NCBI RefSeq assembly: GCF_006345805.1
Contig: NC_043009.1
Location: 13,082,001-13,146,000, forward strand
Reading direction: 5' to 3'
Source of the DNA: Octopus sinensis
Taxonomy: Eukaryota
DNA: 64,000 nucleotides
A program made the translations under genes and the position numbers. Below, piece after piece: positions 37,856-51,149 of the stretch. Position 1 is the first letter of the stretch. Every line of letters starts with the position of its first letter. The notes below the pieces were generated by a model. That model was given only the letters and a program-made list of their open reading frames with translations, was not told the origin of the DNA and searched no databases.

Positions 37856-40289
37856 AATGTAATTATTATTGGAAAAAAAGCCATGTTTGTGGCAAGGAGT
37901 CTTATAATATATCTACCGTATCGACACTGAGATGATTAAAAATACTAACAAGAAGAAAGTTTAGCTGTACTCGGGACTGCTGGCAGAACACGAACTCTTG
38001 AACCTTTAGTTATTTAAGCATTTATCATATCAACCCAGTCGCCTGCAACTTTTAGCTTTAATTTTATAAAATAACGCAAAACAGAGAACGCATACTTAGT
38101 CTCAAAGCACGAGTAGAAGGCAATGGCAGTCGAGCCGTTAATGAAATGTCAGACATCTTGATTACCAGTATCACTGTCACTATTGGCTATTCTTTATAAA
38201 CATTTAAATAGGTAATTTCAAATAGTGGAAATAAAATTCTGATAAATATAACATAAAGCATAAAAAAATACAACAATTAGAGCCAGGGACCTTTAAAAGA
38301 TTATGTTCGGAACAAAATAAGAAAGGAAAATAAATATCAACAATTACTAATGACTGAAATCCGACCTCCAATTTTACATATATTAAATGCTTGTTTATCG
38401 ATATTTTTCCTTGGTGGCTTCCTTTTCTAAATAATGTGAAAACCTTAAGAAAATACTCATTAATATCTTCCTTGCTCTGAGTAATCAACAAACACGGCGA
38501 GTAATGGAGAAGATTTGTTTCTCTCCACATACCGGTCCAAACTAGCATATCAAGTGACTAAATGTTGCTTAAGCACAAATGCTGATCGTTAGTCACAGTA
38601 AATATTGACAATCTCGGGCTTTTTAGCACTTTACGCAACGTGATCAGCACCGCCTTCATATATGTTCGAATGGCTTTTTGATGTAGTTATGAACATGTGT
38701 GTGCTTGTGTGTGTAAATATGCGCATTTTATTTTTATTTTCATTTTGTAACAGATCTCAAGATTTTAGATGAAAAAGAAAAAAATTGCTTTTCGTTTACG
38801 AAGAACTAGTTCTGATTCTAAATTTATGTTATACGAAAAGAATGCTAAAAAAATTGGCATTAACAAGAACAGCAACGAAAGGAATAATTAAATAAGCAAT
38901 AACAACAGTGGAACTTGGGAGAGAATTGTAATGGAAATACTAGCAGCATCATTCACAACAAAAGACCGATATACAACAATTACAAATGGCAAGCCTGAAA
39001 GTAACAACAATTGCTTAAACGACACTGAGAACGACTGATGCACAACATGAGCATCCGCAACGCCAGCAACCATAACAGCAGAAGCAAATCAAAAGATTTC
39101 ACATCACCTTTGCTACAAAATTTATTTATCAAAGATACGTAGATCACTATGTTCTATTGCTATATTTATGTCGCTCCAACTTGTATATGTAAAATATAAA
39201 CGTTTTTCCTACTCCGAAACGAAACCCTTTTACCGCAAAGAAAAACCAAAAGTCAGTAACTTGAAATTGGTTGGCATTCAAAGCTGAGAACATGATAAAG
39301 AAAATGCTACAAAACGTAGGTTAAAAAAAAAGCTAAAATTAACAAAATATTCTAAAAGTATAGGAATATCGTAATACATATGACATAGTAATTCGAAAAA
39401 ATGTATGTTTGACTAATTGATACTGAGAGTAAATATGAAATTGTGTCATAATTACTTAACTATATATGTCTTTCTTCATACATGATATATGATTGCGTTG
39501 TGTAATAACTACTTCGTTTTCACTAATTTTATGTTAAATGTGATGTAACTGCAAACATTAACGTAGCTTGAGGGAGGATTTAATTTGAGTACCAAAATCG
39601 CTCTAAAAATCCTAGTACCTCATTTCCCTTTCATCGATGATAAATAATGTTGAAGTTTTTCTTTAGTTTAAATAGATGCACGTATTAATAGATGTACGCA
39701 TTAATTTCTTCCAGTAAGCAACGATAAGGTACAGTATGTAATATGTTGGCAAAACTCTTTGGAATTAAACTTTGAACATATATACGAATATATATATATA
39801 AATTTTATTTTTGCCATGTGCATATGCAAATCTAGTATTTGACTCAGCTATTTTAATACAAGACATCTACACTGCTTTTATTTAGCTAATTAAACGAATC
39901 GGAGAAGATAGAGAATTATGATTCAAAAATTCAAAGTTCAATCAAAGAGTTGAATTCTTTGGAAGTATAATGAATAATATTTTTAGGACACATCATACTA
40001 CTTTAATTAAACCATGGAGAATGCGATTAGTGATAATAGTAGTTTATTTTTGTTTATCTTATGTGTGAGAAGTCTTGCTAGAGGCCAAGTGCCCAAGGGA
40101 ATATATAATTAACAATTTCTGCATTCATTTGTATGTACACATAAAAGAATCTGATTTATATCGTCACATCATAATTTAATTTTAACACACACGTACACAC
40201 ACACACGTACACACACACACAGACACACATATACATATATATAATATATATATATATACATACATATATATATATATACATATATATTC

Positions 40290-40360
40290 ATATATATGTA
40301 TGTATGTATCTATCTGTCTATCTATCTATCTATCTATCTATCTATGTATCTATCTATGTA

Positions 40361-40432
<72 letters not shown>

Positions 40433-40558
40433 TATGTGTGTGGGGGTTGGTATGTGCGCGTGTGTATATATGCGTACTTGTATTTATCTGTCTATATACA
40501 TGTAAACTTTGTGCGTGTACTCATGTGCATAATTATGTATAAAAATATTTATGCATTA

Positions 40559-40639
<81 letters not shown>

Positions 40640-40640
40640 A
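40290..40640. repeat. (TATC)n, (TA)n and (TAC)n microsatellites
   Basis: Direct inspection. Confidence 0.95.
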
Positions 40641-41899
40641 CAGATACATGGAAAGAAACAAAACTCGAGAACCTCAAAACTCAGCAACTACACAGGAATG
40701 ATTCGCAAACAAATATGTTTGTTTGATACTCGAAGAGACAAGAGTTAATTATGGCGTTTCAGATATTGTCGCTCTTTCAACTATTGGTGTAGCTAGACGG
40801 AGAGGAGGAGAGATGAGGATGAAATAAAATAATAAATAAAAATGCAATAACTAATTCGAGACGATGCCCAAGTGTGTTGTTCGTCTACATGGCAGTCGAT
40901 ATCTCAGAAGACGTAGTACGGTGTAGACGAGTTTGGTTTCCAAAATAAACGAGCAAATGCTTTAGAGTATATTTGTGCGTGGGATGGTAAAAGGACAGTC
41001 TTGTGTATGTTGCGTGGTTCTTTCTGCTGTTTGGTGTGTTTAAGTGTGCATCTGTGTGTTCGCCGCCTCTGTTATTTTAAAGCATGGAGTGAGAGATTAA
41101 GCGTCATCTGTGCGCACATAGACGTGGGACTTTTTTGTATTATATTCTAAAAATGCGTGTGGAAATGTGTGTATTATAGCCAGCCTGGATTTATGTGTGT
41201 GATTCTTGTGGCATAAAATGGTGATTTTGAATGTGTATCCGTTGGTTAGTCATCTTGTGTGTTTGCGTGTAAATGCGTTTCGGTGTTCGAGTTTATAATA
41301 TACAATGTTCTTTGAGTGCCATTATTTGCTGGTTGATCGTGTGTACATCTGTTGCATTATATCATGTTGTGTAGTATATGAAAGCATGTATACAGAGCAA
41401 GTTTGCGTGTACGTGTATATATATATTTTCTGCGTTTGACGTTAAAATGCAACATATAGGAGTGCGTGCGTTCAGATTCTATGTGCGGTGATTTGTGCTG
41501 TAGTGGATGCCAGAGGAGGTGTTACAAGAGAATGTGTTGTGAATTTAGGTTGGAAGGGGCGTGATTTGGAGAAAAGGAATAAACTAAGGCTCTCAGCGAA
41601 GATTGGAATTTGCTGATAGCATGTGAGAAGCCAAAAAAGGAAACAGGTATGATGGTGTGTCACATGATCCGCGGAATAGAGTGTCTTGTTGCGGGGTTTC
41701 TTATTGCGATGATGCACTCTAAATTGGTCAACCAAACAACATACAGTTTGACTTATTTAGAAGTCTCTGAAAGAGAAGCGTTTAAAGAAATGGTTGATGC
41801 TGGTGGAATTGCAGTTGTACAAACAAAAAACATGAAATCTGTGGTTCACTATTGGCGGTGCTGTTGGTGAGGTACAGTCACGTATTGCTGCGGGACCAA

Positions 41900-43090
41900 T
41901 AACAAGTAATGGATGTGACACAACGAAATAACGACCCTTTGTGCATGCTTGAATGAAGAGTGGAGTGGGTTATCGAAGAAGGAAAATGCCAGTATCAGGC
42001 ATAGAAGATGCATTAAGAAAGTGCTGACATATAGAATAATGGGTAGTAATATAGAGAAAAGCAGGAGTTGTTATAGTGGAATAGCTGCAGGAAGAGTGCA
42101 AAAGAGAGGCCGCTGCAAAGTGCACGGGTGAGTGATACTTTAATCAGGGTGTATTAATCATTGTTAAATGAAGAGGTGGCGGTGATAGAGGATTTAGTAT
42201 TAAAGAAGTACGTGTTCAGCATGAGGAGGAAGTGTGAAATAAGTTAAGGTAGAAACGAGAATTGATGAGCCGCCTTTGAAAAGCTATCTTGCCTGATGAG
42301 TTCTCGAAGAGTGCTAGGTAAAATAATGCAGGATAATATGTTCAGAACGGAACCGTAATTTATTGAATAAAATTCTGAAGAATATGAGGGTGGAGTCTTC
42401 GACTTGGCCTGAGCATGGACTCAAACTCAAATGAAATGAAATATGAATCTGAGACCTCAAGTGACAATCGTACGCAAAGCTTTGGAAATTGAGGTTTCAG
42501 TTGGTATAGTAACGATGGCGTTTATCAGTGTGTCGAGGGCGGGTGGGATGTTGTTGGATGTTGGAAGTGTGGGCATAAAGGTCTGGAGATTTAAGGGGTA
42601 GGCGATTATGATGGGAGGTTACTAAGTACTAAAGGGCGATGATAAAAGACTGGAACAGAACGCGGAGTTTGAGGTTTTAACATTAGTGGGAAAATTGAAT
42701 ATTAGATGGTTGGTGTTTCGAGTAAGGGGCAGAAGCGAGAGCAACAATGATGTTTCGTAAAAAGGGTACAGAAGACATGGTGTTGGGGGAGAGGGTGTTG
42801 CTAGAGGATTCTTCTCCGTGAAATGAGGTCACCGAAACAATGTGCTCATAAGGAGACGAGGAGTATCTGTGAGACCAGGTTCTATGATGTGATGTGGATC
42901 ATTAATGGAATTTATGGGGAATAAGATGGTTGCAGAGTCAATGACTGAAAAAGGAAATAAACTCGGAGTAGAGTGGGTTTTAAACAGGATTTGGATGAGG
43001 TGTCTTGGAAGGACCAAAGAGCAAGAGTAGATCGTAGAGAAGTGTATCTCTAAATTCAGAAAGAAAAAATGTGACATGGTGGTAGTGGTG
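41900..43090 (-). pseudogene. Heavily decayed retroelement, possibly Penelope-like
   Basis: C-rich minus strand like the 52-kb PLE; weak peptide echoes (NDPHHIIEP, LQTFMPTLP, HYSICQHFLNASS). Confidence 0.35.
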
Positions 43091-43189
43091 GGTGGGGAGA
43101 GGTAGTCGAAATGATAAATGTGGAAAAAAAGGGTATGTTATTAAAACATTATAAGGCTAGTAAAGTAACATCAATTTTTTTCTTTGCAC

Positions 43190-43480
43190 TTACTACTGAG
43201 TTGATGTTGAGAAGACGTCGTCGCCACTTTGACGGCAGTCTACGATTTGGTATTTTATACCAGTCACATCAGTGACTTGTATTGGATACTTTGTAAGGTC
43301 GATGGTCGCTTCATTTGTGTAATGGATCCATGAGCACACCTAAGCAGCTACTCGCCCCACATTCCAAATTTTAACTTTCGAAATCCTACCAACTGCCTGC
43401 TGAGAGGCTTCTGCTTCTAAAAGCCTATAGAACAACCCTCACATCATCGGATGGCATTGGGTGACACCACAAGGAAATGA
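43190..43480 (-). pseudogene. Tc1-like transposase N-terminal (HTH) relic
   Basis: With a frameshift, IGxLEAEASQQAVGRISKV ... VDCRQSG resembles AIGMLEAGxSQxxVAR ... DRPRSG. Confidence 0.3.
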
Positions 43481-44833
43481 CTATCAATAATTTTAGAGCA
43501 AAGATATGCATAGAAAATGCATTCTGTGAATAACAAATAGAAATCATATTTAATTTAATTTTTTTTTTTTTACTTTAACAGTGAAAGTCGGTTTTTTTCT
43601 GCAGAACGTTATGGATGATCGAAAAGCAATGATATATTAACTGCTACTCGCTGAACCTTGTAGAATAAATGAAATAGTTGAATGCAACTGAATTTTAAAA
43701 TAGGTAAGTAGGAGTTCAAATGGAAATTGACTGTATCGTTTCGGAAATGTTAAATGTGAGACAAAGTCATGCCAACCGGACATCAGTCTGTTGCAAGCAT
43801 TATTTTCAATAAAGCTGTTTAAAGCTTCCAGCAAACTTCAACTCATGACTACGTTTACCAAAGAAAAAATTGTTGCTGTTTTTCTTTAGTCGCAGGTGAG
43901 GTTCCGGCTTCCTCTTGCAGTAAAGAAACAAAAACAGTAAAGAAACAAAACACTCAGTATTACAACTATAAAACCATGGGGCTCTATCACATGTACTTTT
44001 TTTATATGAAAACGTGTGTAGCACATTTTTCTGAAATGCGTGTGATTGTTTCTCTACGTATAAAACAGAAAGGTTGCATGATTTCAGAAAGGTCAACCTG
44101 CTATGTCTAACAGTTTTAATGGCCTACTTACTACCAGTTATAGGATTTTTTTTATTCAATAACTTCACTCGTTCTTTCTTAGATATTTCTTTCTTGTGAT
44201 AGGTAATATACAATCAGCCATTTCAGACACAGCGCACCTGACTCATAATTATTCCTACCAAAGAAAAGTGTCACAAAATGAGAGGGGGGGGGGAGTGAGA
44301 CGATACATCAACGTGAATGTTTATGAGCATGAATCAAGTTTCGCAGAACATTTGATCATATACACTCAGGGATGTGTTATATTTGTTTTTGCAATACATT
44401 GAAAATCATGAGGCAAATGGAAAAGTGAAGTCATGATTTGTCTGAATGTATTCTGAAATTCAACAATAAAATACTAATTTAATTTATTCTTATGATAAAC
44501 TTCAAATCTCAACAATGGTGCTTCTGAAGTTCGGTCATAGTTGAATTCATAGAATTATCCAGGTTTTTGTCTTGTCAGCATCCATTTATATCACACAATA
44601 TGCCTAGCGTCTACATGTTTCTCTCTGCGTCCTTGGGTTTCACAAATTCAATTTATTATTCAAAGGGCAGTCGAGAATATATAAAATTTGTGAACTACAT
44701 CTCTTAAATGACTTATAACATTTCAAGTACACTGCATTCAATAAAATTTTATTACGAGCAGAAAGTTGGAATTCACGTCAAATGTATGAATTGTACATTT
44801 GAGAAAAGTTTCTGATAATTCCATGCATACTTG

Positions 44834-45595
44834 TTGAGTGGTGGTTTGGCACAGTCCTTAAAGTATCGGAAAAACCACCTTAAGACACTTGCTCTGGCAC
44901 TCTACGTCCTGAGTTCAAATCTCATGTTGGTAAAGCTTTTTAATTCATCCTTTTTGGGGTCAATAAAATAAAGCACCACACAAGTGTTGGTGTTAATGGT
45001 ATCGACTAACTTCCATAACTCCGAATTGCTAGCCTTGTAGGAAGACCAAAAATACGGATATACGTCTTAAATAATGCGTCCGTGATTCACACTTCATAGT
45101 GAATTAACAGCCAAACAAAATACCGCAACTGCTTACAACGAAATTTTATGTTGAAAGTTGTATAATACACTGTTAAATATACTATAAAATAAGGGTGGAG
45201 AGATTACAATCATTAGTATGCTGAAAAATATGCTTAGCGGCATTTGGTCCACCTTTACACCCTAAGATCCAATATAGCTGAATGTGACTTTGCCTTTCAT
45301 CTTATTGAGGTCGCGAGTAGTTGAGTACTGGGGTGTATGTCATCAATTTATCCTCTCTCCCGAAATTTCTGGGCTCGTGCCGGAATTTGAAGCAAACATA
45401 TTGTACAATATGTAGCTTAATATAAACTGTTGGGTCGTTGGACTTTACGTTCTGAGCACAAATTCGACTGAGGTCAACTTTGCTTTCATCTTTTCGGGTT
45501 CGATAAAATAAGTACCAGTCGAACACTAGCGTCGATGTTCTTGAACTAACCCTCTCCTTCGGAATTAATGGCTTTTTGACAAATTTCGAAACCAC
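44834..45595 (+). mobile_element. Cluster of three old family B SINE copies
   Basis: Core TTCATCCTTT..GGGGTC(A/G)ATAAAAT variants at ~44945, ~45295, ~45485. Confidence 0.7.
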
Positions 45596-45875
45596 TATTA
45601 AGTATTCGCGAATGTTTTTCTCAGGATCAACCTGAATGTTGGGACAACTTTCCGTATTTATTTTTGGGTTTTTACGTTGTCAGTTAAAATTTCTCTGAAG
45701 GTTACACTATTTGTTCACAGCCAAGAAACGTTTGATTTTGTGCCTATGGTAAAGACTAAAATTATAATTATGATATTTTAACACTTTCATATGCCTCAAA
45801 GGCAACAATAGTGCACCATTAGACTGAGGATTGCGTTCTGTTGAAAATATATTTTTATGGGAATATAGTCTGGGT

Positions 45876-45876
<1 letters not shown>

Positions 45877-45943
<67 letters not shown>

Positions 45944-45982
45944 ATATCTCTAATCCCTCTCCCTCTCTTTCTTGTGTATATA

Positions 45983-46072
<90 letters not shown>

Positions 46073-46080
46073 ATATATAA
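45877..46080. repeat. (TATC)n and (TA)n microsatellites
   Basis: Direct inspection. Confidence 0.95.
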
Positions 46081-46340
46081 GAAAATAGTAAAGAGTGAAA
46101 AAACGACAGAAGGCTTAAATGTTAAAGAATATATATATTTGCGTCAATATGTCTGGAGAATATTGGGAAGATTTTTTTCCCTTCTTATAATGACATAATT
46201 TTATAATTTTTAAAGAAAGACCGGTTTCGCATTTAGCGAAAATCTTCCCAATATTCTCCAGACATATTGACGCAAATATATATATTCTTTAACATTTAAG
46301 CCTTCTGTCGTTTTTTCACTCTTTACTATTTTCTTATATA
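46075..46340. repeat. Perfect ~101-bp inverted repeat with 63-nt spacer
   Basis: 46075-46175 is the exact reverse complement of 46239-46339 by hand comparison. Confidence 0.95.
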
Positions 46341-46421
46341 TTCACCCACGTGCTTTCACAAACAAACTTTCTTATCTATATATATATATATATAGATATA
46401 TATATGTATGTATATATATAT

Positions 46422-46500
<79 letters not shown>

Positions 46501-46863
46501 ATATATATATATATATATTTCATAATATATATATATAGATATTACTGTACTTACTTTGAAGAATGTTAGCTGCTCTAACTATTATTCTAGTTTTTGTTCT
46601 TTTGTCGATGTGATAGGCCATTTAATGTGGTGGAGTGTGTATTGTAAGTGATGTTGTGAATTGTATTCTGTCGCTTAATGTCCGATGCCGGGTGCATACA
46701 GTATATACCGTGGGTATATACTATGTATTATACTATTGTCTTCGAATTATGTACAGCATGTATTTTGGGGAGAGTAAAATTTTATGTGTGATTACTGTGT
46801 AAAGTATGTGTGTGTTCTGTTGAGATAGAAAAATAAAATGTGTTACTTTGATATACTTAAATA

Positions 46864-47093
46864 GGCGGCGAGCTGGCAGAAACGTTAGCACACCGGGCGA
46901 AATGCGTAGCCGTATTTCGTCTGTCGTTACGTTCTGAGTTCAAATTCCGCAGAGGTCGACTTTGCCTTTCATCCTTTCGGGGTCGATAAATTAAGTACCA
47001 GTTACGCACTGGTGTCGATGTAATCGACTTTATCCCTTTGTCTGTCCTTGTTTGTCCCCTCTGTGTTTAGTCCCTTGTGGGTAGTAAAGAAAT
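46864..47093 (+). mobile_element. SINE family B, full length
   Basis: GGCGGCGAGCTGGCAGAAACGTTAGC...GAGTTCAAATTCCG...GTGGGTAGTAAAGAAAT. Confidence 0.93.
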
Positions 47094-48019
47094 CTATACT
47101 TAAATTAGTATCTCCTCCTGCTATAGCCACAAAGTATTGACTCTCGTACAAAACAACCTTAAATTGTCGTCTAAAATTGTTCTCATCCCTTTGCTTATAC
47201 CATAGATGTTCTCCGAATAAATTATACTACTATTTGCGATGCGGCTATTTCGTTACAGTTAAAACAAGGTAGATATGTTTGACTGACCAAGGGATTGATT
47301 TAACACACTTTAGCAAAATTATTACACTTAGCACCTAACAGTATTTATGTGAGAAGACTGATAGGATCATTAGTGCGTCGAACAAAAGGATCTCCCGCAT
47401 TTAGTAAATTTTACTTTTCCTCTCTCCAGTAACGATAAAATAATGTATCACACAATTACTAGATTCTTTCTAATCAGAAAAACTCCCGGTCGCAAAAATT
47501 GCTGGCCTTTTGCCTAATGTGGCGGATTAGCAAAATCGTTCGAACATCGGAAAAAAAAAATTACTTTCGTAATTTGTTCCGGCTCTTAATATTTTCCGGC
47601 TGCATACGTTCTGAAATGAACTACTTCGGTATGTGTGTCTCAAGTACAGTCTCTATTGAACAGATTACTCTGTTTTGCTCGAAATTGCTGGTTTCGTGTG
47701 TAAATTGCAAATCATTATAAAAAGTTTATATTTAATGAATAAAGAGAAAGAAGTAAAGAAACCATTATTATAATAATTGTTGCACTTTTTTGTGTGTATC
47801 GTTGTAGCCCATTCGATTAAGATGGCGCTTCCTTTGGTTGCTGCTGCCTGTGTTATTAATATAGGTGGTGTTGCGGTGGTGGTGGTGGTGGTGGTATCAA
47901 CAGTACGTATAAAACACACACACACACACAACGAACACAGTTGTATAATTTTATACGTGCGTGTGTGTGTGTATAGATAGATAGACAGATAGAAAGACAG
48001 ACAGATATATATATATATA

Positions 48020-48139
48020 TCACGTGATCATGTGACCGACCAGTCCATCAGATGTAGTTACACATCACTGGTCACAATGCGTTCGCATTGTTTTAGCCTT
48101 CGAATGACGCCACCCCGCTGACTAAGCGAGCAGGCCAAT
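48020..48139 (-). mobile_element. SINE family E, 3' fragment
   Basis: Homologous to 48850-48970 (GATCATGTGACCGACCAG...GAGCAGGCCAATA). Confidence 0.7.
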
Positions 48140-48149
48140 ATATATATAT

Positions 48150-48166
48150 ATAGAGAGATAGATAGC

Positions 48167-48244
<78 letters not shown>
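48150..48244. repeat. (GATA)n microsatellite
   Basis: Direct inspection. Confidence 0.95.
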
Positions 48245-48245
<1 letters not shown>

Positions 48246-48847
48246 GAAATATAAAGATAATCAGTAGTGTATATTAACAACACGTTTCACGATTATGGTT
48301 GTTTGGTACACGTGATATGTGTTCCAAATGCACATATTGCAAATCTACATAGATGCTCAACAACAAAGGATCCTGGGGACACACTCAATCGTACCGAGTT
48401 ACATAATTATCTGTACAATGATGCAATAATGCGTTCTCTGTGGATCCGTTGTGGTTGAGAATCTATATACATTTGGAATATCTGTTGCGCGTAGGAAATT
48501 TAGTATAAAATTGTGTTTCTTCTTACTGTCTATAGGACTTGACTTGCAGCTCGTAACTAGTAGTACTACTCATAGTTAATAAACAGTGAGAGAATCTGGG
48601 CGTGTTTTCTCTGAAGAGCGGTAGAACGGTCCGTTAGGAGACTCACTCACTTCAAATCGGCAGTGCATCAGCATGGCCGCAGCTCTAAGCTAAAACTACA
48701 GAAAAAAAACTATACAGAAAGTTGACTTGACTGTGAAAATCTGCGCAGGGCTTTAAACGTAACAGTAGTAGTAGTACATCAACTTTTACACATAATTTCT
48801 TTTCAAGTCACACACACACAGTCACGTACACACACGCACACATATAT

Positions 48848-49105
48848 CCCGTAATCATGTGACCGACCAGGCTATCAGATGTTACAAATTGCTGGTCAAA
48901 ATACGCTTTGCATTCTTGTTTTTTTTAGCCTTCAAATGATGCCATCCTGCTGGTAGGACGAGCAGGCCAATATTCCCAAGCCTGATAAAAACTGAGACTG
49001 GAGCACCTTGAAATGAAGTGTTTTTCCCCAAGAACACAACGCGCCGCCCAGTCAGGGAATGGCACACACGATCTGGCGATCATGAGTGCAAAAGCTTAAC
49101 CAATA
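48848..49105 (-). mobile_element. SINE family E with decayed tRNA head
   Basis: Minus strand TGGTTAAGCTTTTGCACTCATGATC...GCGTTGTGTTCTTGGG; the middle resembles family C. Confidence 0.65.
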
Positions 49106-49419
49106 TATGTGTGAGTGTGTGTGTGTGTGTGTATGTGAGTCTATGTGTGTGAGCATGTGCTTGTGTGTGTGTTAACCTGATAGTCGTATTTATATATGTA
49201 CATGCAAGCACACTCACATACACACGCACACACATATGTGCATACATACTTTAGATCATCGACCATGCCTATGCAATAGCATTGTGAAAGCAACTGTGGA
49301 AAGGTATTTTAATTGAACAGATGACAAAACTAAATATATGAGAGTAAACAGACTCACACACAGAGCGAAATATGCGCGTATGTGTTGACCTCATAGCAAT
49401 ATATATATAGAGAGAGATA

Positions 49420-49628
49420 GAGTTAATCCAAGCATGAAAACACAAAGAGAAAACACAACAACGTGAGGACGTGGAACAAATATAGTATTATTGGACGCTC
49501 ATGATGGAAGGGAAGAAGGAGGGTTTAACGTTTCGAGCGGAGCTCTTCGTCAGAAACATAGGAAAAGGAAAGATCCAAAGAAGGGAAGACGGAGCAAAAA
49601 AAATCGCCAACGGTACACACGCGGTCAC
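49420..49628 (-). mobile_element. ~200-bp hammerhead-bearing PLE-derived element
   Basis: Homologous to 21114-21250 and 33630-33838. Confidence 0.8.
49523..49557 (-). ncRNA. Intact minimal type I hammerhead ribozyme motif
   Basis: GTTT-CTGACGA-A-GAGC(TCC)GCTC-GAAAC-GT-T-AAAC: full CUGANGA/GAAA core, 4-bp stem I, palindromic ACGU stem III. Confidence 0.8.
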
Positions 49629-49639
49629 AGCTATGTGTG

Positions 49640-49830
49640 AATGTCTGTGTTTGTGTCTTTCTCTCCACTCCAACGCTTGAAGACCGGTGTTGGTGTGTGG
49701 TGTGTTCACATCCCTGCAAATGAGCGGTTCGGCAAAAGGAACCGATAGAATATGTATCAGGTTTTAAAAAATTAATGGGTCGGTAAAGCTGAGTAAAATT
49801 TCTTCAAGGCCGGTGCCCCAGCATGACCGT
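49640..49830 (+). mobile_element. SINE family A, 3' part
   Basis: GCGGTTCGGCAAAAGGAACCGATAGAAT...GGTGCCCCAGCATGACC. Confidence 0.75.
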
Positions 49831-50563
49831 TGTCTGGAGATTGCTGCATGTGAAAGAGACAAGAAATAAATGAAAGTATTTCTTAAACTTTTTGTCTGTA
49901 TTCACCAACGAGAAATAAATTCGATTCCACTGGAGTTATTTTCCTATGATATTTCGTTTTAGTATTTTTGACATATATATTAGTCAGTTAATTATCACTC
50001 ACATCACTGTTTAATTATGCAATCCTTTTCGAATTTAAACACATTAGCAATCATCCCCATAATTACTACAATACCTTCAAGAACGCACACTTTCAGATAA
50101 TTCTTCTCTAATATTCATTTACTTCATTTTCTAAATAATTACTCATGAATTAACGTCTCCTTTTAAAACGATACACTGAGACGATTGATCACTTCATCAA
50201 GTCTTCTTTACTAATAATATACAGTCATGTACTCTGCCGAGATAGTAAGTACTAATTATTGATTCAACTTGATAAATCTAATTCTCTGCGAACAATCTGT
50301 TAACCAAGTGCGTGCTGAAGGAAGGAATGCCAATTGTCACTGTCCTAAATATGTCTACATTTACACACACACACACATACAAACACAGAGATACACATAC
50401 ATACCTACATACATACATATACATATGTGTATGTGTGTATATATATATTTGTGTGTGTATGTATATATATGTACTATGTATATATATATACATATATATA
50501 TACACATGTATGTACATATATATGTGTGTGCGCATGTATGTATGTATATATAAGCACACACAT

Positions 50564-50594
<31 letters not shown>

Positions 50595-50675
50595 ATTGAA
50601 TTTTCTGTTTGTATGTATGTTTGTGAAAATGAGAGTAATCACCTCAAAAACTGTAGTAGTCTCACCCTGTTTCAG

Positions 50676-51010
50676 ATTCGAAAGTGGATCTTTCAATTAA
50701 TCTTGGGCATACTGACAATTCAAACATCAAAAGGAACCTTGGCAAATTAGTGTTCCACTTGACCTGTGGCCTTTTCAGTGCCATCGCAGAGTCACCTGGA
50801 TTCGGTAAAGCTATTGTTCTATATGATATAGCTATTTTTCTAGCTTTGTGGTTCAGATATAAATACCCAAACTTATTTGAGACAGGCAGAGAGAATACGA
50901 GGGCGAAGCGAGACGCACAACCCACACAGACAGTATTTGACAGGGAAACGAAAAACATTGAGTCACCTGTGAAAAGCCAAATCACATCAACAGCATGTAT
51001 TCCGACTTAG
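50676..51010 (+). CDS. Unassigned ~110-codon ORF / candidate terminal exon with one hydrophobic segment
   Basis: Acceptor-like CTCACCCTGTTTCAG at 50663-50677; open frame to TAG 51010; non-repetitive peptide GFGKAIVLYDIAIFLALWFRYKY; no family recognised. Confidence 0.2.
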
Positions 51011-51149
51011 AGATCTGCTTCGCTTTCACTACCGACTGCTACAGTTAAACTTCTTTATCACAAAACGCCTTGCTTTGCATTCCTGGAAAATCGCATCGGA
51101 AATTCATCGCCAACACTGACAGGATATAGCATTTGTAATTTCATTTGAC

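Noticed and set aside
38204-38548. 114-aa minus-strand ORF as a host exon
   Set aside because: Another frame gives LAVFVDYS, resembling the LINE RT motif VFxDxSKAFD, so a decayed LINE is more likely
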